Below are positions 41,596-50,737 of a stretch of 61,433 nucleotides of DNA, piece by piece. The notes under the pieces were generated by a model that saw nothing but the letters and a program-made list of their open reading frames with translations, ran no database searches and was not told the DNA's origin. Source of the stretch: a virus (Duplodnaviria > Caudoviricetes); the IMG/VR virus record IMGVR_UViG_3300032307_000254, positions 1 through 61,433 of that record. The stretch is one strand, 5' to 3'. How positions within the stretch are numbered: the first letter of the stretch is position 1; each line of letters starts with the position of its first letter. The position numbers and the translations under genes were made by a program.

Positions 41596-44540
41596 GTGAC
41601 GTTCCCGGTCGCCACCCATTCAGTAGCGGCCACCTTGATGCAGGTAGCAAACCCGCGCTGGGCGAGCGTGCGAGCGCCCGTTGTAGCGGTGCCAGCCAGT
41701 CGGAGCGTGTCGGTGGTGATGCTGATCGTCTGGTTCGAACCGCTGTTGTTGTAGATGACCACCGTCGTGCCGATGGGGAAAGCAACAGAGCCGTTAGCCG
41801 GGATCGTCACGCCACCCGTAATTGTGACCATCTTGCCTTGGTCGGCCAGCACCAGCGTGTAGCCGGAGCCTTGAACGTTGGCGGGTAGACCTTTGTAGCC
41901 GACCGCGTCTGCGAGGTCAGAAGAGGTGATGCTGCCCGTGTTCGATATGGAGAAGCGGGTGTTCGCGCCGCCAGTGCGGAAGTTAATCGACCCGCCAGCC
42001 CCAAAGTTGTCGAAGAACAGACTGCCCTGTAGAGTGCGCGCAACCAAGTTTCCAGCTTGGTCCATATCGACCGTGCCGGTGCCCCCGACTGTGGCAAACG
42101 CAAGGCTAGATTGTGTCGCCGCTCCCGTCGTCGTCAGCCGCAGCACAGTGGTGTTTGCGGAGGAAATCTGAAGGTTGGCGTTTGGCGCGCTTGTCCCGAT
42201 CCCGACGTTGCCGCTGGCGTTAACAACCATCCGGTAGGTTGCTGCCGTGTCATCGAATAGGACAAACCCCAGACTTTCCGACCCTATCGTATAGCGACGG
42301 AAGGAACTGGCGCTGAAGTCCATGTATCCGTTTGCCGTACCGGCCACCGAGAGCAGGCGGGTAGGCGAAGCCGTCCCAATCCCAACGTTGCCTGCGCTGG
42401 TGATGCGCATGCGTTCGGCGGTATTGGTGACAAAAACCATGGGTGAAGCGGTAACGGTCTGGAGATAAAAACCTGCCGTTTCCGCAAGGATATTTGCAGT
42501 GCGAGTCCCATTAAACCCAAGGTCAACCCCGCCGTAGGTCGTACCGTTAATCTGCAACATGGTTGTGCCGGAAGAGTTAATCCCAACCGACCGGGTGTAG
42601 AAGCGGCCAAATATATCCGGCGTGGTCGTACCGATCCCGACATCGCCCGCACTGGTGATGCGCATCCGCTCGGTGTTGTTGGTGCCGAAAGACATAAACT
42701 GGTTAGCGCGGTTGTAGAGGTACGTCGCGCTTCCAGAATCTTGGGACAAAACAAATTCTGCGGCTTGGGCGTTTCCGTTCGCACGGATGCTGATTTCAGC
42801 ACCAGCCCCAGCTCCCCGCGCAATCGTAAGCGCAGAATCCGGCGAGGTCGTCCCGATCCCGACGTTGCCGTTGTCTTGGATGGTAACCTGCGACGTGAAC
42901 GTCCCCGACTGGCGCTTACCGATGTTGAACTTCCAGCCAGTGCCGTCCGTGTCGTACCAGAGATTGCCGCGCTCCGGCGAGGAGCTCGTGCCGGTGTTGA
43001 AGCCCACGTTGCCGGTAGCCGAAGCAACAGCCAAGCGCCCCAACGGGTTATTCGTCCCGATCCCGACGTTGCCGCCGCTAGGCTGCAAAAGCAGATTGTA
43101 AACGGCGGTGCTCCCGTCGAACCTCTGCTGTTGGATGTAGCCATTGCCGTCCGAGATTGTGCCGACGAGCATCCCGTAAGCAGTTGCAGGGCCGATGCTG
43201 ACGCCGCCAACACCGCTACCCAATGCGGGTATAGAGACGGGCGGGTTAAAGGACACACTCAACTGGCTGGGTGGCGAAGCCGTACCGACCCCGACGTTGC
43301 CGCCCGCAGGATTTAGGCTGATCGGCCACGGTGTAGACGTGTACCCGGCGTTGTCCTGTTTACCCTGCAACCACAGCGCAAAGCTACCAGACGAATACCC
43401 ACCGATGGCAAGCATCGTGGTGACGTCGAGGCGGAACTCAGCAATCCCTGAAGCAGCGTTAAGCGTTGGGTCCCCAGCAGCGCCGCCGACTGTAAATTTT
43501 ACATTTGTGGCGGTCGTCCCAACCCCGAGGTTGCCGCTACCGCTAAGGCGCATGCGTTCGGTGTTGTTAGTGCCGAACAGGAGTGGTGTGTTCAGCTGGT
43601 TGATGAGGTATGCCGCGCTCGCTGCGGACTGCAAGTAGAGGCCATTCGTACCACTATTTTGCAGCTGGAGGTAGGTATCACTCGTGGAGTTAAGCACGGC
43701 AGTGGCGGCAGATGCGCCCGAGTTGACATCCAGCCTTGCCTGCGGCGCACTGGTCCCAATCCCAACATTGCCGCTGCTGTTAATGCGCATGCGCTCGGGA
43801 GCCGCTGCCGACAGAGCTCCTCGAAAGATGTGGAAATCTGCATCGTAGTAGTTGTCGGAACCGCTGAGGCCGACAATCACCCTTGAGTTCGATGCTTCTA
43901 CTTGCAGCTTCCCTAAGGGCGAAGCCGTCCCGACTCCGACGTCGCCCGCAGCGGTGATGCGCATGCGTTCGGTGTAGTTGGTGTACCAGACGTGGGGGCC
44001 GCTGTTTGCGGAGTAGTTCAAGGAACCCGCGCCGCCGAAGCTGGCGTAGGACGCACCGCCCGCCCAAATCTGCGCTCGCGCCCCCGTGTTGTCAAAGAAC
44101 GACAGGCTCCCAAACCCGGTGGCATCCGTGTTGGTGATGCGCGTCGTAATAGCGCCGCCAGCGGCAGCCCCCCTTACTTCGAGTTTATCACTGGGGCTTG
44201 TGGTGCCGATCCCGACGTTGTTGCTCTCGTCGTAGTTGACCGACTTGTCCGCAGGGTAGGTGACGAAGACGTCCTTGGTGCCAGCGGCAAAGTCCACCAG
44301 CGCGTTAGCGTTACTCGACTCCAGCACCGTGGTGCGGGCGAGCGTCGGACCAGTGGACGAATAGGTACCAATGCCGACTTCCCACTGGGAGCCAGCATTG
44401 ATCGTGTAGTAGGTCGTGTTGCCGTTCCCGATTACCGAGAAGTTCTGGTACCCGGTCGGTGCGGTCCCGCTGAGCGTAACCGTGCCAGTACCAGTCGTAG
44501 TGGTGGTGTCGCGGACACGATCAGCGAGAACAAGGGGCAT
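41592..44540 (-). CDS. long tail fibre with about 10 ERMRI...G(N/D)VG(I/V)GT modules
   Basis: 982 aa; repeated beta modules; N-terminal LADRVRDT...WEVGIGT domain. Confidence 0.8.
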   Translation of the reverse strand: MPLVLADRVRDTTTTTGTGTVTLSGTAPTGYQNFSVIGNGNTTYYTINAGSQWEVGIGTYSSTGPTLARTTVLESSNANALVDFAAGTKDVFVTYPADKSVNYDESNNVGIGTTSPSDKLEVRGAAAGGAITTRITNTDATGFGSLSFFDNTGARAQIWAGGASYASFGGAGSLNYSANSGPHVWYTNYTERMRITAAGDVGVGTASPLGKLQVEASNSRVIVGLSGSDNYYDADFHIFRGALSAAAPERMRINSSGNVGIGTSAPQARLDVNSGASAATAVLNSTSDTYLQLQNSGTNGLYLQSAASAAYLINQLNTPLLFGTNNTERMRLSGSGNLGVGTTATNVKFTVGGAAGDPTLNAASGIAEFRLDVTTMLAIGGYSSGSFALWLQGKQDNAGYTSTPWPISLNPAGGNVGVGTASPPSQLSVSFNPPVSIPALGSGVGGVSIGPATAYGMLVGTISDGNGYIQQQRFDGSTAVYNLLLQPSGGNVGIGTNNPLGRLAVASATGNVGFNTGTSSSPERGNLWYDTDGTGWKFNIGKRQSGTFTSQVTIQDNGNVGIGTTSPDSALTIARGAGAGAEISIRANGNAQAAEFVLSQDSGSATYLYNRANQFMSFGTNNTERMRITSAGDVGIGTTTPDIFGRFYTRSVGINSSGTTMLQINGTTYGGVDLGFNGTRTANILAETAGFYLQTVTASPMVFVTNTAERMRITSAGNVGIGTASPTRLLSVAGTANGYMDFSASSFRRYTIGSESLGFVLFDDTAATYRMVVNASGNVGIGTSAPNANLQISSANTTVLRLTTTGAATQSSLAFATVGGTGTVDMDQAGNLVARTLQGSLFFDNFGAGGSINFRTGGANTRFSISNTGSITSSDLADAVGYKGLPANVQGSGYTLVLADQGKMVTITGGVTIPANGSVAFPIGTTVVIYNNSGSNQTISITTDTLRLAGTATTGARTLAQRGFATCIKVAATEWVATGNVT

Positions 44541-45019
44541 TACGCAATCCTGATGATGGCGGTGGTGTTGGTTGCCGTCGGGAAGATGATGGTGAAGTCA
44601 CCGTTGGTCGAGGTCTTGTCCGACCCGAAGTCCAGCACCGCCACAGCCGCATTGGTCAGCGTGGTGTTGGCGTTCGAGTTAGCCGACGGCGTGTTGTTGT
44701 AGATCAGCGCGCCACGAGCCGTGATCGTCGCGTTGGCGAAGGTCAGGTCCGAGAAGTCGGTGAAGCCGGTGCCGGTCGAAGCGTTGTTGTTCGACGTGAC
44801 GACCCCAAGGCGCGTCAGCGTGCCGCCACCAGCGGTGTAGTTGGTGCCCGAGGACGAGACTTCGTTCGACGTGGTATACGCCGTGGTGTTGGCATCAAGG
44901 TCAGCCGACGAGGTGTACAGCGCGAGCTTGAACGTGTCGCCACCAGTGGCGCGGAAGTCGTGCACGGCGAGCATAAGCTCGGCCTTGAAGCTGGTGCACA
45001 TGGCTTGTGTAATCGGCAT
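44540..45019 (-). CDS. virion structural protein
   Basis: AAGGAGG RBS; FKLALYTSSA, YTAGG, ARGALIYN, LDFGSDK. Confidence 0.7.
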   Translation of the reverse strand: MPITQAMCTSFKAELMLAVHDFRATGGDTFKLALYTSSADLDANTTAYTTSNEVSSSGTNYTAGGGTLTRLGVVTSNNNASTGTGFTDFSDLTFANATITARGALIYNNTPSANSNANTTLTNAAVAVLDFGSDKTSTNGDFTIIFPTATNTTAIIRIA

Positions 45020-45029
45020 TTTGGCCTCC

Positions 45030-45311
45030 TTATGCGTCGAGGATCGGGATCAACTCTGGGTGCCCCGCCTGCTTGAATTTGTTCACCAGAGTCACGTTGT
45101 GCGACCGCACAGCCTCGTGCATGTAGTGGACGAGCACCTGACGGATGTTGTCCTTGAAGGCTTCGGCTTGATCGCGGATAGCCGGATGGGTGCTGCTACC
45201 GACGTAGATGATTTTGTCGAGGGCGCGCTCAGCGATCTCCTCAGGCGTGAACCCACGCCCATCGGTCGCCATGACCATCACGCTGCCGACGTCGCTAAGT
45301 CCGTTGAACAT
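45030..45311 (-). CDS. conserved small late protein
   Basis: RGFTPEE...IRDQAEAF. Confidence 0.7.
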   Translation of the reverse strand: MFNGLSDVGSVMVMATDGRGFTPEEIAERALDKIIYVGSSTHPAIRDQAEAFKDNIRQVLVHYMHEAVRSHNVTLVNKFKQAGHPELIPILDA

Positions 45312-45314
45312 TGG

Positions 45315-45995
45315 TTACCTCACTGGGTAGCGGACTTGGCCGCTACGATACATATCCTGACGGTTCTTGCCTTCGCCCAGCTGCTTCAGCATGGCCATCG
45401 CCTCGTCGTACCGCTTCTGGTACCCGGTGATGACGTCCTGCTCGCCCTTCATGAAGGTATAGGCTTCGAGGAGAGAGCCGTAGAGCAGCACGCTGTCGAA
45501 GTTGTCACCCAGCCACGACGTCCCCGCCTCCACGATGGAGGGCGGGTAGTAGAAGTAGTGCAGCTCGACCACGTAGTCGTCGTCCGGCGTCGGCCCAAGG
45601 ATGTAGGAATTTTCATCGAAGTAGGCGTAGCAGTACGGAAGCCCCTGATCGTTGGGGTTGGGGTACGCCTGCCGGATGAAGTTCACATCCTTGTTGAGCA
45701 GATACTCGTAGTTGCCGTCCCCATCGACCACAGCCAGCGAGAAGTTGGCGAGCCAGTCCGAGGGCACCGAGAGGTACTTGTTCCCAGCGGTGACGTTGCC
45801 GGTCACGTTCTTGCGCAGGTCCAGAAGCTGGACCATGTTGAAGACGCGCTGCTCGGCCTGTTGGATGAACGTGTTGATCTGTTCGGTGGACGTCAACGTC
45901 ACCGAGCTGGAGCCGTCAGAACCGGTCCATGAGGTGTTGGGGAAGTCGTTTTCGACGTACCCCTTGATCGTCTCGAACAGCTCAGCGTAGTTCAT
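45315..45995 (-). CDS. head-tail adaptor (tail tubular A-like)
   Basis: MNYAEL...FIQQAEQR...GPTPD...LLYGSL. Confidence 0.7.
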   Translation of the reverse strand: MNYAELFETIKGYVENDFPNTSWTGSDGSSSVTLTSTEQINTFIQQAEQRVFNMVQLLDLRKNVTGNVTAGNKYLSVPSDWLANFSLAVVDGDGNYEYLLNKDVNFIRQAYPNPNDQGLPYCYAYFDENSYILGPTPDDDYVVELHYFYYPPSIVEAGTSWLGDNFDSVLLYGSLLEAYTFMKGEQDVITGYQKRYDEAMAMLKQLGEGKNRQDMYRSGQVRYPVR

Positions 45996-46141
45996 CAGCC
46001 CATCTTCTTGCTGTGCCCGGTCCCACGGGTGGCTGCGCCGGTCCCACGGGTCTTCTGCGTCTGAGTGTTGGCCACCTTGTTCGGATAGCCGTTGTTACCA
46101 AGGTCAGCCTGCGTGTAGACCTGCGGCATCTTGCTGTGCAT
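45995..46141 (-). CDS. 48-aa small basic protein (not in ORF track)
   Basis: MHSKMPQVYTQADLGNNGYPNKVANTQTQKTRGTGAATRGTGHSKKMG; TGATG overlap with next gene. Confidence 0.6.
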   Translation of the reverse strand: MHSKMPQVYTQADLGNNGYPNKVANTQTQKTRGTGAATRGTGHSKKMG

Positions 46142-46142
46142 C

Positions 46143-46319
46143 TTAAATGCCCTTCTTCGATACGCTACGCACCGACTTCTTCTGGTTGGCGATTTTCGCC
46201 AGATTGCGGCCCATCGCCTTCATCTGAGCGTTGGTCTTGCCGCCCTTGGCCAGCTTGGTCAGCGGCTTGCCGGGGTGCATCTTCTTCTCGTGCTTGTGCA
46301 CAGCAGTCTTAGCGTCCAT
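46143..46319 (-). CDS. 58-aa small basic protein (not in ORF track)
   Basis: MDAKTAVHKHEKKMHPGKPLTKLAKGGKTNAQMKAMGRNLAKIANQKK...; GGAGA RBS. Confidence 0.7.
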   Translation of the reverse strand: MDAKTAVHKHEKKMHPGKPLTKLAKGGKTNAQMKAMGRNLAKIANQKKSVRSVSKKGI

Positions 46320-46320
46320 C

Positions 46321-46758
46321 TCAGTTCTCCGTCTGCACAGTCACTGTGCCTACTTGCCCAGCCCCTAGTAGCGTATTTGGAAGCCCAGATAAACCCAAAG
46401 GATCGTTGAGGCCGACTGGGTTCCAGCCCCACTGGATTACGCGGCTACCGCCCGATGGCGTGCCGAAAGCATCGACGTCTTGGGTCGGAACACCGACCGT
46501 GTCGATCTGGAGGCCGGTGAGGCCACCCTGAATGTAGGTCGTGTCCGGGCGCGGGTTGCGCAGCGCCTGCGGGTCATCAACCGGGTACATGCCGAGCTGG
46601 AGCTGCGGCTGGTCAGGTTCCCAGCAAGACGGGCACACGAGGATGTTGACGTTCTTCGTCTTGATGACGAGACGCCGAAGCTGCTTCAGCTTATAGCGAA
46701 ACCCACAGCGGTCGCATTGGCTGATTGCATATTTACCAGAGGCGAACCGGTTCGGCAC
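46321..46758 (-). CDS. Zn-binding conserved late protein
   Basis: CDRCG...CPSCW...DPQALRNPRPD. Confidence 0.7.
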   Translation of the reverse strand: MPNRFASGKYAISQCDRCGFRYKLKQLRRLVIKTKNVNILVCPSCWEPDQPQLQLGMYPVDDPQALRNPRPDTTYIQGGLTGLQIDTVGVPTQDVDAFGTPSGGSRVIQWGWNPVGLNDPLGLSGLPNTLLGAGQVGTVTVQTEN

Positions 46759-46766
46759 ACCGCCCC

Positions 46767-47477
46767 CTAGTAGAACATCTGACGCGGCGCGATGCGCAGC
46801 GCGGCCTTCTCACGATCTTCGTCTGCTGCCTGCTGCCAGAGCTCCTCATACTCCATCTTGAGCATCTGGGTGCGCTCCAGCGCGCCGGGAATCTTCTTCG
46901 ACAGATGGTAGGCCAGCCCCGCCACCATGCACGGCAGGAAGCGGAAGGGGATGTCCTGCGTCGTGATACCGTTGCCCGCATCTTGGATGCGCCGGAGCCG
47001 CCAGTAGACGAAAGTGTAGTAGTCGCTCTGCTCCGGGGCAGGCCAGACGTTGATCTGGGGATAGGCTATCCCGCTCACCGGCTCGGTCGCACCCGACTGG
47101 CGGTTGATCCACACCTGAATGGGACGACCCTGAGCGTTCTTGTTCGGGATCGTCGAGTAGGTATCGACGCTGATGCGCGAGATGTTGATGTCCGTCTGAC
47201 CCTGACCGGTCTGCGTGCGGATGACGTGGTCGAGGAGATCAATCGTGTCGATGGGCAGGTCGTAGACAATCTGCCCCTGCACCATGGGGATCGAGCCCTG
47301 CTCGATGGTCCACAGGTTGATGCCCCGGTTGGCCCACTCGATGGTCAACAGGTTGAGGCTCCGACGCGCAGTGCGCAGGTCGTAGCCCGTGCGGAGCTCA
47401 GCGCCGCAACGCTCAAATGCCTCCTCAACGAGCTCGTTGAGATTGAGGTTGAAGGATGTAGCGCCGCTGGTGGTCAT
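46767..47477 (-). CDS. virion structural (neck/adaptor-like) protein
   Basis: EEAFERCG...ARRSLN...WANRG...PFRFLP...GLAY...A.DEDR. Confidence 0.7.
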   Translation of the reverse strand: MTTSGATSFNLNLNELVEEAFERCGAELRTGYDLRTARRSLNLLTIEWANRGINLWTIEQGSIPMVQGQIVYDLPIDTIDLLDHVIRTQTGQGQTDINISRISVDTYSTIPNKNAQGRPIQVWINRQSGATEPVSGIAYPQINVWPAPEQSDYYTFVYWRLRRIQDAGNGITTQDIPFRFLPCMVAGLAYHLSKKIPGALERTQMLKMEYEELWQQAADEDREKAALRIAPRQMFY

Positions 47478-47749
47478 TTCTTTCTCCGAGCCGCCTCTAC
47501 GCGCTTGGGTGCCCCCGCAGGTTGCCCGAGCCGCTTCTTCTGCGCGATGCGCGTCTTCTTCTCCGTCGGAGTCATTTCCGAAGCGGTCTTCGGGGTCTTA
47601 TCAGAAACACGCTTGGTCGGTCTACAGTAAGGAGTGCCGCGCTTCTCCCCGGGCTGTCTGCCACAGGCTTTGCCCGTGCGGACATCCTTCCAGTCCTCCT
47701 TGAACCAACGCTTCAGCGCAGCGCCTTTTTCGGTCTTACGAACGGCCAC
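47474..47749 (-). CDS. small basic protein (DUF5872-like)
   Basis: LKRWFKEDW...CGR...PYCRP.KRVS..TP; likely GTG start 47749. Confidence 0.65.
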   Translation of the reverse strand: MAVRKTEKGAALKRWFKEDWKDVRTGKACGRQPGEKRGTPYCRPTKRVSDKTPKTASEMTPTEKKTRIAQKKRLGQPAGAPKRVEAARRKK

Positions 47750-47945
47750 CTTTGCTACCCCAGTTCTTGGCACCGACCTTCCGGCACTTGGCGATAGCAC
47801 CGGAGGCATAGGCGGAAGGGAAGACTTTGTAGCGCGCTTTGACCTTGTTGTAGCACTCGTCCTTGACGGAGCCACCCTTAGCCATACGCTGCAACGTCTT
47901 GCGCTTCCCTGCGGGCAACGCCCGCCCCATGCCTCGGCACTTCAT
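47736..47945 (-). CDS. small basic protein
   Basis: MAKGG; YKVFPSAYASG. Confidence 0.7.
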   Translation of the reverse strand: MKCRGMGRALPAGKRKTLQRMAKGGSVKDECYNKVKARYKVFPSAYASGAIAKCRKVGAKNWGSKGGRS

Positions 47946-48233
47946 CTACTTCTTCCTCAGTCTACCCAGCAGCTGGGCGAACCGCGCCCGCTGCCCGAGT
48001 TTCCCGGGCTTCTTGGCCGCAGCAGCTAGTTTTTTAGCTGGGATTTTCTTTCCCTCAGGAGTGCCAAGCTGCGCACGGAGTGCGCCGGGCTTTTTGATCG
48101 CCTTTTGGATGAAGTTGGCCTTGCCGCCCTTCGCATATACCGCGACATCGTCAGGGTTGTCCTTCCGCTTGATGATCTTCTTGCCCGGCATCTTCGATGC
48201 CCGCATGGCTCCCATGCCACGGCTGGGCCGCAT
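47946..48233 (-). CDS. small Lys-rich protein
   Basis: YAKGG; IQKAIKKPGALR...KIP..KL. Confidence 0.75.
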   Translation of the reverse strand: MRPSRGMGAMRASKMPGKKIIKRKDNPDDVAVYAKGGKANFIQKAIKKPGALRAQLGTPEGKKIPAKKLAAAAKKPGKLGQRARFAQLLGRLRKK

Positions 48234-48601
48234 TACTTGCAGCCCTTCATCTTGCCGCCACGGGCCATCTTCGGCATAGCTTTGCCGCCCTTAGCCATGG
48301 CAATCATCTTGCCCTTGGTCTTGCCCTTGTGGGCAATGCCGTCGGCGCGCTTCGAAGCCGAGCCACCCTTGGCGTAGCCGGTCGGGGCCTTAGCGGTGTC
48401 TGCCGAGTGACCAGCGGAGCCGCGCATCTTCATACGATTCATCATAACCTGTCCTCCTTCTGCACGCGAAACGGACCGCCTATCAGCCGCCTCGAATTCC
48501 TTGCCCACCTTCTGCGACACGCCGACCTTCTTGGCGAACTCGGGGCTGTTAGCCACCGCCCGCATGAATCTGGCCTGCTTGGCGCTCTTACTGGGCATCA
48601 A
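48233..48601 (-). CDS. small Lys/Met-rich protein
   Basis: MPSKSAKQARFM; multiple AxGG motifs; DGIAHKGKTKG. Confidence 0.75.
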   Translation of the reverse strand: MMPSKSAKQARFMRAVANSPEFAKKVGVSQKVGKEFEAADRRSVSRAEGGQVMMNRMKMRGSAGHSADTAKAPTGYAKGGSASKRADGIAHKGKTKGKMIAMAKGGKAMPKMARGGKMKGCK

Positions 48602-48840
48602 CCCTTCCTCAGACCGTCGAGCTTGTCTTCGAGACGCTTGAAGGCGCTGTCGAACCGCTCACCCAGCTTATCGACCGTAAGGTTCATTTCCGCACGGGTC
48701 ACATGGTCCCGGGCGATCTCCTCGCGGGTCTTGTTGAGCAGGATCGTGATCCTGTCCAACTCGTCGAACTTGCCCTTAAACATAAAGCCAAGGACCGCTA
48801 CGACGCCGCTGAGGATGACGTTCCATACCATCATCTCCAT
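48598..48840 (-). CDS. small membrane-anchored coiled-coil protein
   Basis: WNVIL TM segment; LLNKTREE; RLEDKLD. Confidence 0.65.
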   Translation of the reverse strand: MEMMVWNVILSGVVAVLGFMFKGKFDELDRITILLNKTREEIARDHVTRAEMNLTVDKLGERFDSAFKRLEDKLDGLRKG

Positions 48841-48841
48841 G

Positions 48842-49096
48842 TCAGCAATTCCACGCCCGAAGAGACTTGTTGATGCGGCTATTGGGGTCATTGGCAGTCT
48901 TCTTCGACGTGAGCTTCTTCTTCATGCCCTTCATCCGAGCGCAGAAGCTATCCCGGCGTGAGCCGCCTTCTGGCTGCGGGCGCTTGAGCCCCGGCTTGCC
49001 GGGGTTAGCCTTATTGTACGAAGCGCGCCCTTTGGCGTTGAGACCCCCCTTAGGGTTCTTACCCTCTTTGCGCTGCCATGCGGGGGTCTTTGCCAT
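48842..49096 (-). CDS. small basic protein (DUF6321-like)
   Basis: AWQRKEGKNPKGGLN...RRDSFCARM...SRIN.SLRAWNC. Confidence 0.75.
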   Translation of the reverse strand: MAKTPAWQRKEGKNPKGGLNAKGRASYNKANPGKPGLKRPQPEGGSRRDSFCARMKGMKKKLTSKKTANDPNSRINKSLRAWNC

Positions 49097-49485
49097 CAGA
49101 CGAACCTTCCCTTCGTCTTGCCCTTGCGGGCGATGCCGTCGGCGCGCTTTGAAGCTGAAGAGACAGAGCCGCCCTTGGCCATCTTCTTGGCCTTGGCCTT
49201 GACCTTACCACCCTTGCGCATCATCGCCCCTGCGGGGGCTTCTGCAATCAGCATGGCGTCTTCGACCGTCGGGCGACCACGCATACCTGAGCGCCGCTCC
49301 ATTTCGGCTTCCATTACTGCGCGCCGGGCGTTCCTAATCTGCGCCGCCTCAGCCATACGCGGCGCAATACCAGCCATAGGGCCAAGCACTCTATTTGCCG
49401 CGCCCAGACCCTTACCGAACACACCCTTACCGGTAAGCGCACCGGCTAGAGGAGATATAGAACCGAGAATTTTACGGATACCCAT
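49096..49485 (-). CDS. small basic protein
   Basis: GGAGG RBS; MRKGG, MAKGG and DGIARKGKTKG. Confidence 0.7.
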   Translation of the reverse strand: MGIRKILGSISPLAGALTGKGVFGKGLGAANRVLGPMAGIAPRMAEAAQIRNARRAVMEAEMERRSGMRGRPTVEDAMLIAEAPAGAMMRKGGKVKAKAKKMAKGGSVSSASKRADGIARKGKTKGRFV

Positions 49486-50219
49486 CACGCTGCCTCCGAC
49501 TTCGGCACGATCATCGGGTAGAGGACGTCGTTGCCATAGTTGCCCATATATTCCTGCACGCCCATGTGGCCGAGCGAGATCGAGGGATCGACCCAAACCT
49601 CGAAGCCCAGTTCACGAGCGCGGTCGCAGAACAGGTAGTCCTCACCGATGTAGCCTTCCTCGGTGAGCATGAAGTCGAACAGGCACGGGATCATGCGGTC
49701 CGTCTTCTTGTCGTAGTACTTCCACTCCGGGTGCGCCTCGACCATCTGCTCGAAGACTTCCCGGCGGACCAGCATGAAGGCGGTAGCCACGCGCTCAGCA
49801 CGGACCAGACCCATCCCGTTCATGGTCAGCTCGCCGTTGTCGTCGTAGTCGAGGTTGGCGATATAGGTCTTGGTCTCGCTGCGCGTGCGCGGCACGCCAG
49901 CAACGATGCCCTTCTTCGGGTCGGAACCCCACGCCATCAGGCGCAGGATGTCATCGGGCTCGAAGTTGATGTCGCTGTCGATGAACATGAGGTAGTCGCA
50001 CTCGGACTCCAGCATGTCCTGCGCCAGCAGGTTGCGCGCCCGGGAAACCACCGAGCAGCCGCAGATCGACCCGATATTGATGCTGATGCCGTGCTGCGGG
50101 GCAGCCTGCGCGAAGCGGGCGAGCGACACGGCCAACTTCAAGGACACCTTGAAGTCGTAGGCCGGGAGAGCAATGAAGATGCTCTTCCCGGCTAGATCAT
50201 AGCTTTTTTGCGCCTGCAT
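49485..50219 (-). CDS. glycosyltransferase-like protein (GT-A fold), paralogue of 11981..12763
   Basis: IALPAY, SRARN, FIDSDI, ATAFMLV, GEDYLFC, LGHMG. Confidence 0.8.
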   Translation of the reverse strand: MQAQKSYDLAGKSIFIALPAYDFKVSLKLAVSLARFAQAAPQHGISINIGSICGCSVVSRARNLLAQDMLESECDYLMFIDSDINFEPDDILRLMAWGSDPKKGIVAGVPRTRSETKTYIANLDYDDNGELTMNGMGLVRAERVATAFMLVRREVFEQMVEAHPEWKYYDKKTDRMIPCLFDFMLTEEGYIGEDYLFCDRARELGFEVWVDPSISLGHMGVQEYMGNYGNDVLYPMIVPKSEAA

Positions 50220-50222
50220 AGG

Positions 50223-50717
50223 TCACCCGTAGAAAACGGTCAGGCTGGTCTGGTTGGTCATCTGGGCGTAAATCCCATTCTGAGCCAAGATGCCCTGTCC
50301 CGGGATAAGAAGCGTAACAACGTCATCGCTGGCGTTGGTATCGACCGACATCATCCAGCGAGTGTTGTAGTTGCAAGCTGTACCCGGAGCCACCGTGCCC
50401 GCGTTAATGTCGGTCACAGTGAAGGTGTTGGTAGCCGCTGTCTGGATGACGTAGTTACCGTTGGTCGCACCGCCAGCCCCAAAGGTAAGGCCCACGGCCT
50501 GACCGGGCAGCAACCCGTGCCCGTTCTTAGTGACCGTGATGGTGTTCCCCGAACGCCCATAGGTAGCCGAAGTTTGCGCAACGGTGGAGTCCCATAGGTT
50601 AATAGTCCCAGCGACGTTCGTACCCGTGCCGATAACCCCTTTAAGGCGTGCGCGGGTAGGGACCAGTAGCCCAGACTGGTTAGTGTGGGCTGATAGGACG
50701 TCTGTTTGCATGGCCAT
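50223..50717 (-). CDS. beta-rich virion (decoration-like) protein
   Basis: MQTDV N-terminus; IPGQGI; C-terminal TVFYG. Confidence 0.6.
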   Translation of the reverse strand: MAMQTDVLSAHTNQSGLLVPTRARLKGVIGTGTNVAGTINLWDSTVAQTSATYGRSGNTITVTKNGHGLLPGQAVGLTFGAGGATNGNYVIQTAATNTFTVTDINAGTVAPGTACNYNTRWMMSVDTNASDDVVTLLIPGQGILAQNGIYAQMTNQTSLTVFYG

Positions 50718-50737
50718 ATAGCCCTCCTATCGAGCTA

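Noticed and set aside
41592-44540. Diversity-generating retroelement acting on the tail fibre repeats
   Set aside because: No reverse transcriptase, and no template/variable repeat pair differing only at adenines was seen; the repeats are divergent protein modules.
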